Assembly (NCBI RefSeq): GCF_001194135.2
Contig: NC_068983.1
Coordinates: 143,277,221-143,341,220, forward strand
Length of the DNA stretch: 64,000 bases
Direction of reading: 5' to 3'
From: Octopus bimaculoides
Lineage: Eukaryota
A program made the translations under genes and the position numbers. The notes under the pieces were generated by a model. It searched no databases and was not told the origin of the DNA. It was given only the letters and a program-made list of their open reading frames with translations. Below, in pieces: positions 26,370 to 39,371 of the stretch (positions are counted from its first letter, which is position 1; each line of letters begins with the position of its first letter).

Positions 26370-27788
26370 TGCATACACACAAACACTTTAAAATTATCAC
26401 TGACATTCTTTTAAATGTGTAGATCTGCCATAGCAGATATTTTGCGATGTTATTATTTCTACTTGAATAGGAAAATTTTATGAGCCATTAATAATTCATA
26501 GCAAATAGAAGCTTTACTAAATAGAGGATTTATATCAATAAGGAAACACTGAAATAATTCTGGAAAACAAATCTACATTTTGTGGTCAAAGAAAAGAATT
26601 TATATAATAATTCATTTATTGGGAATGGTAATTTCTAACAGGCATTGAGCCAAGCATTTGGAGGTGGGAACAGTTGAATGAGACAACTCAGAGAACTGAC
26701 TGGTCCTTTATTTTATTGACCATGGGAAGATGTGAGGCTATGTTAACTTTGGTGGTATTTGAATTCAGTAAATAAATATTATAAGGTATTTTGGCCAAAT
26801 AGTCTACAGATTTTGCCACTCCACTATCCCTATTAATATTAATTAATGAAGATAATATATATAAATAATATAAAATATTTTATATAAACCACACTAAGCC
26901 CTTCATTTAATAGCTTTTAGATTTAATGGACAGAATAATAAAATACACTAATTAATCATTTTAAAAATAAAAAAAAATTATATGAATGGAATGTGTGTGA
27001 GAGGGAGGGAGAGAGAGAGAAAGAAAGAAAGAGGAGGGGGCGGACTGTTCCATAAAGTGATATAGGAGATGAAAATGAAGCATGAAATAGAAGCACTAGC
27101 AAAAAGAAATAGAGGGAAAGAAAAATATTTGGGGAGTCACTGGTATACATGCTAAAGAATGGTTGAGATTAAAGAAAATCTATGCATTTCTATTACTGAG
27201 AAAGTATAAGAGCATGTCACATGAGAGAGAGAGAGAGAGCGAGAGAGGGGGGGGATGGAAGCAAACATATACAAAAAAATATCCGTTACGGAATTGAAAG
27301 AATGTTGGAAAAATTCAGATTGAGAGGTTATTGGTACTGTTGCTGTTTAGCCACAGGTCAGACTGTTTAAAAGCAGACCCATGATTAAAGATAATATCCA
27401 GCCATGTTCAGCTGGTAGCTTCAGGATATCTACGAGCAAATTAACCCACCCATCCTTTGCTGTTGTTTCAAATAATAGGTTGAGATTCAAAAAGATTTAA
27501 CTGTTGTTTCTAGTATGCTGAATGACCACATAGGGGATGCTTCATTAGCTCAATAATGAAAAATTAAATGGGTAAGAAAAGCAAGTTTGTGAATATGTTT
27601 TTGTATATCCTAGAGTGAGTGAGTGAGTGAGTGAGTGTGCGCGCGTGTGCGCGCGTGTGTATTAATGTCTGAGGAGACGGTTCATTTGTTTTGGGAAGCA
27701 TGGAAAACACTTGTTTTGGTCTCAATCTGGTTGTGCACACATGCACACAGACTATTTTAATTTAATAATATAATTTTGTATTGTACAA

Positions 27789-28392
27789 NNNNNNNNNNNN
27801 NNNNNNNNNNNNNNNNNNNNNNNNNNNNNNNNNNNNNNNNNNNNNNNNNNNNNNNNNNNNNNNNNNNNNNNNNNNNNNNNNNNNNNNNNNNNNNNNNNNN
27901 NNNNNNNNNNNNNNNNNNNNNNNNNNNNNNNNNNNNNNNNNNNNNNNNNNNNNNNNNNNNNNNNNNNNNNNNNNNNNNNNNNNNNNNNNNNNNNNNNNNN
28001 NNNNNNNNNNNNNNNNNNNNNNNNNNNNNNNNNNNNNNNNNNNNNNNNNNNNNNNNNNNNNNNNNNNNNNNNNNNNNNNNNNNNNNNNNNNNNNNNNNNN
28101 NNNNNNNNNNNNNNNNNNNNNNNNNNNNNNNNNNNNNNNNNNNNNNNNNNNNNNNNNNNNNNNNNNNNNNNNNNNNNNNNNNNNNNNNNNNNNNNNNNNN
28201 NNNNNNNNNNNNNNNNNNNNNNNNNNNNNNNNNNNNNNNNNNNNNNNNNNNNNNNNNNNNNNNNNNNNNNNNNNNNNNNNNNNNNNNNNNNNNNNNNNNN
28301 NNNNNNNNNNNNNNNNNNNNNNNNNNNNNNNNNNNNNNNNNNNNNNNNNNNNNNNNNNNNNNNNNNNNNNNNNNNNNNNNNNNNNNNNNNNN
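27789..28392. other. Assembly gap
   Basis: N run. Confidence 1.
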
Positions 28393-28684
28393 CGATTCCC
28401 AGACCGGGCGTTTTGAGTGTTTATTGAGCGAAAACACCTAAAGCTCCACGAGGCTCCAGCAGGGGATGGTGGCAAACCCTGCTGTACTCTTCCACCACAA
28501 CTTTCTCTTACTTCCTGTTTCTGTTGTGCCTGTAATTCAAAGGGTCAGCCTTGTCACACTGTCACGCTGGATATCCCCGAGAACTACGTCAAGGGTACGC
28601 TTGTCTGTGGAGTGCTCAGCCACTTGCACGTTACTTTCATGAGCAGGCTGTTCTGTTGATCGGATCAACTGAAACCTTCGACAT
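28393..28684 (+). mobile_element. SINE family B copy, 5' end in gap
   Basis: Colinear with 16815-17095 (gagcgaaaacacc, gggtcagccttgtca, gagtgctcagccacttgcacgtt, gatcggatcaactg). Confidence 0.88.
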
Positions 28685-29695
28685 TGGCATGCTGGGTGAG
28701 ATGCTTAGCAACATTTTGTCCATCATTACATTCTGAACTCAAGTTCCACTGAGGTTGACTTTGCCTTTCATCCTTTTGGGATCAATAAAATAAGTGTCAG
28801 CTGAGTACAGGGATCAATGTGATTGACTTATCCCCTCCCCGAACTTGCTGGCCTTGTGCCAAAATTTGAAACAATTATTATTATTGTTGTTGTTGCTATT
28901 TAAGGTGGCGAGCTGGCAGAATTGTTTGCACACTGGACAAAATGCTTAGCTATGTTCTGAGTTCAAATTCTGCTGAGGTCAACTTTGCGTTTCATTCTTT
29001 CAGGGTCAATAAATTAAGTACCAGTGAAACACTGGGATCGATGTAATCAACTAGTTCCCTTCCCCCCAATTTCAGGCCTTGTACCTTTAGTAGAAAGGAT
29101 TATTGTGGTTGGCATTAGGAAGGGCATCCAGCTGTGGAAACACTGCCAAATCAGATTGGAGCCTGGTGTAGCCATCTGGTTCACCAGTCCTCAGTCAAAT
29201 CGTCCAACCCATGCTAGCATGGAAAGCGGACGTTAAACGATGATGATGATGATTATTAAGACTGTGAGATGGCAGAATCGTTAGCCTGCTGGACAAAATG
29301 CTTAGTGGCATTTCATCCATCTTTACATTCTGAATTCAAATTCTGCTGAGGTCAACTTTGTCCTCCATCTTCCTGGAATCAATAAGTACCTACATAGGGG
29401 GTTGATGTAATTGAGTAGCCCCTTCTTCTAAAATTTCAATGTCTATAGTAGAAAGGATTATTATACTAAAGTGGTAAGCTGGTGGAATTGGTAGCATATC
29501 AGAAGAAATGCTTTGCAGCATTAGTTCTGATTCTTTGCATCTTGAATTCAAATCCTGCCTTTCATCCTTTTAGGGGTTGATTAATTAATGTACTGGTCAA
29601 ATACTGGGTCAAGATAATCAGCTAGCCATCTTAATTTAAAATTACTAGCTTTGTGCCAACATTGAAAGAAATTATCATCATCTTCATCATTATTA
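28685..29695 (+). mobile_element. Four head-to-tail copies of SINE family C with a nested RTE tail (29105-29253)
   Basis: Repeated ggcgagctggcagaat...aaatgcttag...tctgagttcaaattctgctgaggtcaactttgcc...tttcatcc, each ending in an (ATT)n-like tail. Confidence 0.8.
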
Positions 29696-31323
29696 TTTAC
29701 AGAATGGTACTACAAATAAGAAAGATTGCTATCTTTCTATTTTTAAGTTGTTCATCAACAATTCAAGCTTCACAACTACTTTCTACGAAGTTAGTAATGA
29801 AGCATTAAACCTGTTCTCTTTTTTTTTACCTATTATATATATTCACTACAAAAGACATATGATTGAAAACTTATAATAATTCACTAATGGTCAGCTTTCA
29901 TTCATATATGACTACACTCCATATGATAGTTCGATATCATTTCTTTCAACATATGAGACTAATCCAGAAACAGACACACCTTCTATTATTGGTGATAGTG
30001 TTGTGTAGCAACAATCAGAAGTATAGAAAATTAAGACTGAGATATGTTGGTAAAATGTGGGGAAGTGATGGCTAATATTTAAGAGGAACCTTCATAGTAA
30101 CCTTCACAAAACTAAAATACCTTCATTTTTTCCCTTTTAAAACATATTTGATTACCAAATATCTGAAAATTTAATATACAAGAACACACATATACACACA
30201 TATACACATAAACACACATAGATAATACACACACACACACACACACACACATACGCCATCATCATCATTTAATATCTTCCATGCTAGTATGGGTTGGATG
30301 CTTTGACAGCTGCTATAAAATCACTTCATTTGAAAGTTTTTGAAAATATAAAAAATACTGAATGAGAGTGAATCTGGTCTTTAAGATAACTAGTGAAAGC
30401 AATTAGCTTGATTTGTCTTATTGGACAGTTATATTGTTGATTTTAATAAATAGCAACATTACATATTCTCTACATCATCATCATTCAATGTCCAGTTTTC
30501 ATGCTGGCATGGGCTAGATGGTTTGACAGGATGTAATGTATCCAAAGACTGCATTGTGCTTTAACATGGTTTCTATGGTTGGATACCCTTTCTAATGCCA
30601 ACCACTTTACAGTGTGTACTAGGAGTCTTTTTCACACTAACACTAGTGAGGTCACTATCTTGCAAGACTACAAATCCTGAGGTAGGGCAGCTTTATGCTA
30701 GGAGATGCAGGGTGAAAGTATGAGGAAAGGGGCCAGAGCAGAACAGGTTTCTTGCTGTAGAGGTGCTAAATGAATTCTCATATTTTAGGAGAGAGTGGCT
30801 GTGATTGGGTGAGGCTGGAAAGCAATATAATAGTAGTGATGAGGTGTCTGGGTGAGTAGAAGTGAGTTGGGATAGAGGAACCATGAGTGTGGGTGGGTAG
30901 AGGTGGCAAAAGTGTGTGAGGGAGATGGGGAATGTTTGAAGAAAGAGGTGACAACTATAATTAACTTTAACTGGATAATCTTAGTTCAAAATTTTCAATT
31001 CATATTACATATGTGAGACCATACCTAATATGCAGTAGGTACAGGCATAGCTTGCTTGCTATAGGATCTCAGGTTCAGTCCACTTCATGGCACCTTGGGG
31101 AAGTATCATCAAATCCACTCCAATAATGCATTTTCTATATTTTCTAAAAATTTAACTCATGATTTTATTGGAGCTGTTGCCTTTGCTTATTTGCATAATT
31201 AAACAAAGAGACCTCTGCCCTCCATCCGAAAAGAAATTTTGCATAACTGCATAGATAATCTCATTAAATTAAAAATTTTCAACTCACTATATTGCAAACA
31301 TGAAATTTGTGTGTTATCAATTA

Positions 31324-32601
31324 TCAGGTCATTAAGAATGAAATGTCCAAATTTCTTATGCACCAAGTTTGATAGTCATTAACTCTGTTTTATCCTGACA
31401 ATTCTTTGCTTTACAACATTGAAGAGTTACATCATCACTTTTTGAAATGCAATTCATGGTGTCTGATTACATTGTGTTTTCTCTTGTAAATCAATTTTTG
31501 TGAACCCATGGATAGATCAAAAATTCGTGTTGTTTATGAATGAGTTCTGTCATGGAACCAATGCATCCCAGACAGCTCAAAACATCAATGAGGCTTTTGG
31601 TGAAGATGTGGCGAATGTGCACACTGTACATCAATGGTTTGAGAAGATCCAGTCTGGAGACTTTACTCTTGAAAATCAACCCTGTGCTAGACCCAAGACC
31701 AAGGTGGATAATGATGAGCTGGAAACTGTAGTGGAAGGTGATACATCTCAAACTATGCGTGAGTTAGTAACAAGGTTTTATGTTTCAATTCCAACTGTAT
31801 TAGACCACCTGAAACAAATCAGCAAAGTAAAGAAGCAGAACAAGTGGGTATGACACGAACTGAATGAGCATCAAATGACACGCCATCTTGAAACTTGATG
31901 TTCTTTGCTGTCATGGCATAAAAGCAAATTATTTTTGTATCATATTGTTACATGTGATGAAAAATAGATTGTTTTCAACAATAGCAAATGTTCTGCACAG
32001 TGGCTGAATAGAGACAAAGTGCCAAAACACAATCCAAAAAAGAATTTTCACCAAAAAAAGCTAATAGTGTCTGTTTGGTGGTTCAGCACTGGTGTCATCC
32101 ACTACAGCTTCATGAGACCTGGTAAGTCAATTACAGCAGATGTATACATCAACCAATTGGATGAAATGATTAGTGAAGTTGCAATTAGACAACCAAGACT
32201 GGTCAATAGAGATAGGCCAATTCTCTTGCAAGACAATGCTTGACCACATGTTGCACAAAGAATGCTACTGAAGTTACAGGAACTGAACTTGGAAGTACTC
32301 TGTCATCCACCTTATTCACCAGACCTTGCACCAACTGACTATCATGTTTTCCAGGCATTAGACAACCTCTTGCAAGGAAAAAAATTCAAATCTGAAGAAG
32401 ATGCAAAAACAGCTTTTCATGATTTCATCACCTCTTGCTCTCCAGAATTCTTCACTGCCAGCATAAATAAGTTACTGATAAAATGGCAGAATTGTGTTGA
32501 TAATTTAGGTGCACACTTTGATTAATTGCATTACTTTTTATTGAGATAGAGTAAAATAAACTTTCAGTTCAAAATTGGACATTTCATTCTTAATGACTTG
32601 A
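31324..32601 (+). mobile_element. Full-length (1278 bp) mariner DNA transposon, D,D34D, Hsmar1/cecropia-like, inactivated
   Basis: 27-bp TIRs TCAGGTCATTAAGAATGAAATGTCCAA (31324-31350) and its inverse (32575-32601, 1 mismatch); TA at 31322-23 and 32602-03. Transposase motifs WV(P)HEL, IVTCDEK, LQDNA, HPPYSPDLAPTDYH with D34D spacing. Confidence 0.96.
31508..32525 (+). pseudogene. Mariner transposase pseudogene
   Basis: ATG at 31508 (MDRSKIRVVYE), one frameshift near 31540, then a single frame to TAA at 32523-25 with premature stops at 31851, 31896, 31965 and 32241. Confidence 0.93.
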
Positions 32602-34109
32602 TAATTTTTCTTCATGCTTGACATATATGCTAAGTGAAGACTTTCAGTTGATTCTTTAACCCTTCTTAAACAAACATATTACTACCCGTACTAAAGTATT
32701 CATATCTAAAATAAAATCTATTACAACATGAATTTTATTGCAAGACATCTGTTGATCAACATCAACATAATATATACAAATATATAAAATATATATTTTA
32801 CTAAACACCACCAAAAAATTTTTATATTAAAAATTACTTGAAACATAAGGCAGTCTACTCATCAGAAATGAAGTTAATGATGGACATCTGTGGTTGCTTG
32901 ACCTACTAGAACTAGCTGAATTACACCTACCATCTTAAAAAGAAAGACGGAAGGAAGGACATATCCAATAATGTAGTTCTAGATGCACTATAACAGTGGG
33001 AAAAAAGAGTGGATAGTCACAGTTGGCATGCCTCTCATAAATCAGCTTGATCAAAGCTGACCAGAGCTAAACAACAGTTTATTTGAAATATAGTTACAAA
33101 AGTTTAAATGGTGTCACATCACTACTTTCACTGCCTTTATCTGTATTCTTTTCCCTCATATTCTTTCCTTGAAGACAGATTTCACAAGCAGTTTTTGATC
33201 TTTCAATGTAGCTATAACTACATCAATTGACTTCTTTTTACTGCAGTTAGCAGATCTCAAAAGGTGACCAATATGCAGTTTAAATAGCCCACAGACTTTA
33301 TTGACCTCTTAGTCTGCTTTTTATCTATTCAAACACCTTTAAGCAAGCAAGACAACTTTATCTTTACATTCACCATCACTACCACAGCAGTTTATCATAG
33401 TATCCAGGTTAAAGAACTGTTCTTCACTTAATCAATCATTTTTACAGCAAAGCTAAACTTGTTTGACTTCAATGCTTTGTCCCTCCTTCTTCACCTCATC
33501 TGTCATATATAGTCAGGCATGTATGTAAGACTTCTTCCCTTTGGCTATTCGCTTTTATCAAGGTATCATCATGTTTTATTATCAATCTATAAATGAATAT
33601 TGATGTGTGCAAGCATTACAGTAGTAATGAGATTCAGGTCACATATAAGTAGGCATACAATTCATTATATAAACACATGCACACAAACATATACATGTAT
33701 AGATATGCATACATGGAGATACATGTTGGCACAGGCATGTGTATATGCTCATACATGTATGTAAATACCTTTATAGGGCTGCATATATGTATTTACAAAA
33801 CGCACACTCACACAATCAGAACCACACACACAAACATGTATTTACTATTTCTAATTTTCATTCCAGGATTGATATCAAATAAGAGTCTCAGGTCTCTGTT
33901 CACCTCCAAACTGGACAAGAATTAATAAGTGAAGTCTTAACCTGTAATCTAATTGATAACAAAACAAATACATTAGGTAACAGAAAACTAATACATTAGA
34001 TCTTGGATGGCAATGAATCCATAAAGAAAATCCTTTCACCAGATGAAGCTAATGAGAAAACAAAATATGATTATAAAACACAACAAATACACACAATGGA
34101 AACAAAGTG

Positions 34110-34110
<1 letters not shown>

Positions 34111-34169
<59 letters not shown>
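34111..34169. repeat. (TG)n microsatellite
   Basis: Direct reading. Confidence 0.97.
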
Positions 34170-34172
<3 letters not shown>

Positions 34173-34594
34173 GATTAACTGGGTACTAACACAGCATATG
34201 CGGAATTTTTAAACAAATCTACAATTATATAAACTACTAAAGAAGATCTTTAATTGTGGAAATAATCTTAGGGCAAGAATCCTCATAGACAATGTGCGGA
34301 AACATATTGGGCTATGAATGACATCATCAGAACATAGGATGCATACATTTCTGCATAATTATGCTTCATCAACTATGAATACAGAACCAATTCTTTCATG
34401 GCCCTATAAGAACAGTAGTCCTTATATCTAAGAATAGCAAATAGTATATTATCTGTGTGCAAAGGATGGTCAATTAAGTAGAGGAGCCTTGAATAAAATA
34501 TCTGTTACAATTATATTTAACACATTTGTGTACATTCAGACATAAGACCTTTCACTGCACGATAACCTCAAGAAACTATGCACCTTGTAGACAA

Positions 34595-36530
34595 CATCAT
34601 CATCATCATCATCGTTTAATGTCCATTTTCCACTTTGGCATGGGTTGGACGGTTTGACTGAGGTCTGGAGAGCCAGTGGCTGCACCAGGCTCCAATCTGA
34701 TCTGGCAATGTTTCTATAGCTGGATGCCCTTCCTAACTCAAACCGCTCCAAAAGTGTAGAGGGTGCTTTTTACATGCCACCGACACAGGAGTCAGTCCGG
34801 TGGGCCAGGCATCAATCACGTTTGGATGGAGCTTTTTATGTGCCACCGGCACAAGAGCCAGTCAGGGGTACTGGCATCGGCCACGATCGGTTGGTGCTTT
34901 TACATGCCACAAGCACAGGAGCCAGTCAGGCAGACCTGGCATNNNNNNNNNNNNNNNNNNNNNNNNNNNNNNNNNNNNNNNNNNNNNNNNNNNNNNNNNN
35001 NNNNNNNNNNNNNNNNNNNNNNNNNNNNNNNNNNNNNNNNNNNNNNNNNNNNNNNNNNNNNNNNNNNNNNNNNNNNNNNNNNNNNNNNNNNNNNNNNNNN
35101 NNNNNNNNNNNNNNNNNNNNNNNNNNNNNNNNNNNNNNNNNNNNNNNNNNNNNNNNNNNNNNNNNNNNNNNNNNNNNNNNNNNNNNNNNNNNNNNNNNNN
35201 NNNNNNNNNNNNNNNNNNNNNNNNNNNNNNNNNNNNNNNNNNNNNNNNNNNNNNNNNNNNNNNNNNNNNNNNNNNNNNNNNNNNNNNNNNNNNNNNNNNN
35301 NNNNNNNNNNNNNNNNNNNNNNNNNNNNNNNNNNNNNNNNNNNNNNNNNNNNNNNNNNNNNNNNNNNNNNNNNNNNNNNNNNNNNNNNNNNNNNNNNNNN
35401 NNNNNNNNNNNNNNNNNNNNNNNNNNNNNNNNNNNNNNNNNNNNNNNNNNNNNNNNNNNNNNNNNNNNNNNNNNNNNNNNNNNNNNNNNNNNNNNNNNNN
35501 NNNNNNNNNNNNNNNNNNNNNNNNNNNNNNNNNNNNNNNNNNNNNNNNNNNNNNNNNNNNNNNNNNNNNNNNNNNNNNNNNNNNNNNNNNNNNNNNNNNN
35601 NNNNNNNNNNNNNNNNNNNNNNNNNNNNNNNNNNNNNNNNNNNNNNNNNNNNNNNNNNNNNNNNNNNNNNNNNNNNNNNNNNNNNNNNNNNNNNNNNNNN
35701 NNNNNNNNNNNNNNNNNNNNNNNNNNNNNNNNNNNNNNNNNNNNNNNCTCTCAAGGCACTTACACTCTGTCATGTATGCACATTGACATTACACATCAAG
35801 AGGATCATACTAGCTTCATTTCTTTCAAGCCTACGCATGTCCTCAGCATTCATGGCCCATGTTTCACTACCATGTAGCACGGCAGTTTGCACACATGCAT
35901 CATACAGTCTACCTTTCACCCTGAGTGAGAGGCCCTTATTTGCCTGCAGAGGTAGGAGCTCCCTGAACTTTGCCCCAGCTATTTTTACTCTAGTAAGAAT
36001 AGCCCCCACTACAGACCTGGTCGCCTAGGTAGCAGAAGCTATTAACTACTTCTAGTTTCTCCCCCTGGTATGTGATGGAATCTGTTTTCTGTATATCTTC
36101 AGTGTTTATTGCCCCAGTGCATCTGCCACACACAAACTATTTTCCTGGTTAACCTTCCTCTGATATTGCTGCACCTTTTATGTGTCCATAGCTTACACCG
36201 AGTACATTGTATGGAGTTTCTAACCACACCTTTTCTACAGATCAAGCAGAGCCATCTACCTGAAGCGGGTTGTGATTTGACAGAGTTCCTACTAGGACTT
36301 AGGTTTTTGCTAGGTTAATCCTAAGGCCCGTCAATTCTAGACCTTGCTTCCACATCCTGAACTTTGTCTCCAGTTCTGATAGTGACTCAGCTATGAGAGC
36401 AAGGTCGTCAGCATAGAGGAGCTCTAAGGGGCAGCCTGTCTTGAATTGCTCTGTTACTGCCTAGAGGACTATAATGAATAAGAGGGGGTTGAGGACTGAT
36501 CCCTTCCATCTTACCTCTTGTACGCAACAT
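34595..36530 (-). mobile_element. 5'-truncated RTE-clade LINE of the same family, spanning an N-gap
   Basis: LYADDLAL at 36404-36415, GSVL.PLLFI upstream, Cys-rich finger, AKFRELLPL, LHGSETW; 3' UTR and (GAT)n tail at 34595-34942. Confidence 0.9.
34943..35747. other. Assembly gap inside the RTE LINE
   Basis: N run. Confidence 1.
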
Positions 36531-37844
36531 ACATCAACACATCTCTATTCAGACATCTCTACAATCTCGCTAGACCTACCTTTCAATGTGCCTACATTTA
36601 GAGTGCCAACTCTGAAAACTGGGAAAGAGATATGGCAGGTAACACAGGAAAGAGAGATGTTATTCAGTACCTAAAAAGAAGGTTCCCGTGAACATTTGAT
36701 AATAGGCGTCATAATAGTTGTTCTTGATTTTAACCTGCCATCATTCAAACATGTGTGAGTTGTTAAGGTTGTTATCTCTACTTAGGGGGCGGGGGAGCAT
36801 TGTATATGAAAGTGTTTTGGGATGTTGTAAATATAAGCATTGTGGGCCTAGTGGGTATAGCATTACTGATGCTGCAGATATGTGTAAATAAATAAATAAA
36901 AACATATTGTGAAACCATTGTGCTATGAATAATGTCATCAGACCATAAAATGCATGTATTTCTGCATTGTTATGCTTCATCAGCTACAAATACAGAATTA
37001 GTCTTTCACTGCCCTATAAAAATCAGGTGTTCAAATTGTTGGTTGGTTGAAAAGAGAAAGCTGTAGTTGTGCTGAGAGAGATAAGAGGAGGAGAAATTAT
37101 TATAAAGAGTGAAAGATTACTTAGATAAATAGATATACTGATAGGGTTGAGAATCAGCAGCATGCAAGAGCTGTAGTCCTGAGAAGGCAATTAGATATAG
37201 GAAATGGCTGAAGAGTGAGAGAGGGAAGAAATAGTGCGAGTAAAAGAAAAAATGTGGAATGAAGATACAATGAGGAGGAACAATAAGAGAGGTAAAGTGA
37301 TAAAATATAGGTATAAAAAGTAAATGACAGAGAGAGAGAGAGAGGGGGGAAGAAAAATGTTTACAACAGTTAAGTACAACTTCACTTGATACTGATTTAC
37401 AGCTGATATAGACTAGATTATACTGAGGTTTAAATAAGTCTATGTCAAGAAACAGTTTAGTTTGGTTATGCATTCCAAACTACTGATTTTTTTGTCAGTT
37501 AATTGTCACTTTATTTAATTTCTCCAAGAAATCTTTGAAAATGGAATTTAGAAAAAGTTTCAACAAAGGTAAAATAGATAGTTGAATACATGAAAGAAGC
37601 AGAAGTAGTTGAAGGCCAGAAAGAAATGGTTAAAGCCATGAAAGAATCAGTTAAAGTTATGCAAATAATAGTTAACAAGAAAATGTGGCTACAAATCTAA
37701 AAGAAGTGGTTATACATGGGAAAGAAGTGTTTAAAAACAAAAGAATATTTAAAAACTTGGGAAAATGGGTTAAAAACATGAAAGAAATAGTGTGGTTAGA
37801 GAAGAAAAATAGTTAAAGATCTGAAAGATATTAAAAGTACTTAC

Positions 37845-38057
37845 TGAAAACAAACACTGCACAGCAGCATGAATGAATTCAACATAATAATATTCTACAA
37901 GACACCCTTCTACAAATTCTTCAGGTGGAATTGGTCTACTGGTTTCTCCATGGTAATTTTTCTCCCATGTGTTATTTGTCACCTGACAACCAATGCCATG
38001 TTCTAACCACCAGCTTTTATTCTTTGTTCCAATATTTAAAATGTATAATTCTCGTGT
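37845..38057 (-). CDS. NKAIN: NKAIN-family internal coding exon (extracellular loop plus start of last TM segment)
   Basis: Minus strand: acceptor gatttcttaattttacag|, open frame of 213 nt (phase 0/0) TRELYILNIGTKNKSWWLEHGIGCQVTNNTWEKNYHGETSRPIPPEEFVEGCLVEYYYVEFIHAAVQCLFS, donor |gtaagt. SWW.EHG.GC and GCL.EY.Y.E.H...Q match NKAIN family motifs as I recall them. Confidence 0.92.
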
Positions 38058-38761
38058 CTGTAAAATTAAGAAATCAAGGTATTAAAATTCACAGAGAGAG
38101 AAAGAGAGAGAAGCAAAACAAGATATTCTTATACTAAGAAATAAGATAAATACACACACAAACACACACAGAGACCCACACCCAGACACCATATACATAG
38201 AGAGGCACATGCAGAGGAATAGATATATTTAAACCAAAAGATATACACACATACATAAGACAGAGGGGGGAGGGGAGATTGAGGGAGAGAGAAAAATTCA
38301 GGCCTTTTACTGTTGTCAGCAATTATTTTCTTGTAGTACTGTTAGATGCAGATGGGGATCAAATACAAAGAGTTTGAATCAAGAGATCAGTGTGAAGTGT
38401 TGTGACAAGTTCAGAATGATTTGCCAAATAATTTGTACATTTCTAATGAAATATAAATGAAACTATCTAGTCAGCACTTACAGCTACATTTAGCTGAGGT
38501 GGTAACTTCTTGAACCTTAGCCTATTGCCATATAAAGCAATAATTTATGAAGCCCTTATTCTCTTATAATAATTCCATGAATTTCTATGTACCTTGCTGT
38601 ATCAGAAATGTCAAATAGAAGAAACTTCGAAATATTTCCTCATTTATATATCATACTAAGCAATATAAATTAGCTTTGTTTTGTGGCTTGCAATTATCTA
38701 GTAGATAATTAGTTGTCATCTTTATTTCATCTTTGCATTCTGAGTTTTGACCAAGACTATA

Positions 38762-39321
38762 GATGAGGTTTGATCAAAACGTATCAAGACTTGCTATAAA
38801 AAGCAAACTACAACACTTATCAATTCAGTATTTAATCTCCTTTGAAGAAGTCCTTTTCTGAAGTCACATACTTTATCTAGCATTGTTTCCATTGATGGAA
38901 GCATTTTTGGAACTCCCTTTTTTGAGATAGCAAGAAGCTGCATCATCACATTCTTGTGGATATCATCAACATTTTGAAATCTTGTTCCTTTCAAGTGGGA
39001 TTGGATTCTTGACTTGGTTTTGGAGTCATAGCCATAGACCAAAAATTTGTCACATATTATGACCATTTTCAAGAAATTTTCATCTTTCACCACACAATCA
39101 GAGACCCTCCGCAGCTGAAACCCAATCTTCTTTCTGAGATGACCACACTCGACATACTTTACTTTCAAGCACTGCTATAAACAATGGAAGTGAACAAGAA
39201 CATTATAACTGTGTGCATGCATGGCAGAATTCAAGGTCAATCTGTGGCAAATGGCTTACACACTGTATACTTTAGCTCTGTTACCATAGCATCAGTTCTA
39301 ATACTTTCTGATAGGACCTTG
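38762..39321 (-). mobile_element. Internally deleted mariner of a second family (~560 bp)
   Basis: Minus-strand remnants DENFLKMVI.CD...VYGYDSKTK fused directly to LKGTRFQNVDDI and the C-terminus. Degenerate TIRs near 38765-38791 and 39294-39321 (about 19/27 identity), TA at 39322-23. Confidence 0.8.
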
Positions 39322-39371
39322 TATACATCTGTAAAAATACAAACTCATGTAAACATACATATAAATATACA

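Larger units (their letters stand above)
21678..37844 (-). other. NKAIN intron, 16,167 nt, GT-AG
   Basis: Bounded by the gtaagt donor at 37844 and the ttctag acceptor at 21678; filled with transposable elements. Confidence 0.85.

Noticed and set aside
27757-28475. Long X-filled ORFs here and at 18160-18783, 34763-36028, 45198-45648 and 60144-60872
   Set aside because: Artefacts of N gaps lacking stop codons.
34290-37020. Diverged direct repeats (34290-34410 and 36905-37020) flanking the RTE, suggesting LTRs
   Set aside because: Too divergent, no TG...CA termini or shared TSD; more likely two fragments of a dispersed DNA-transposon end.
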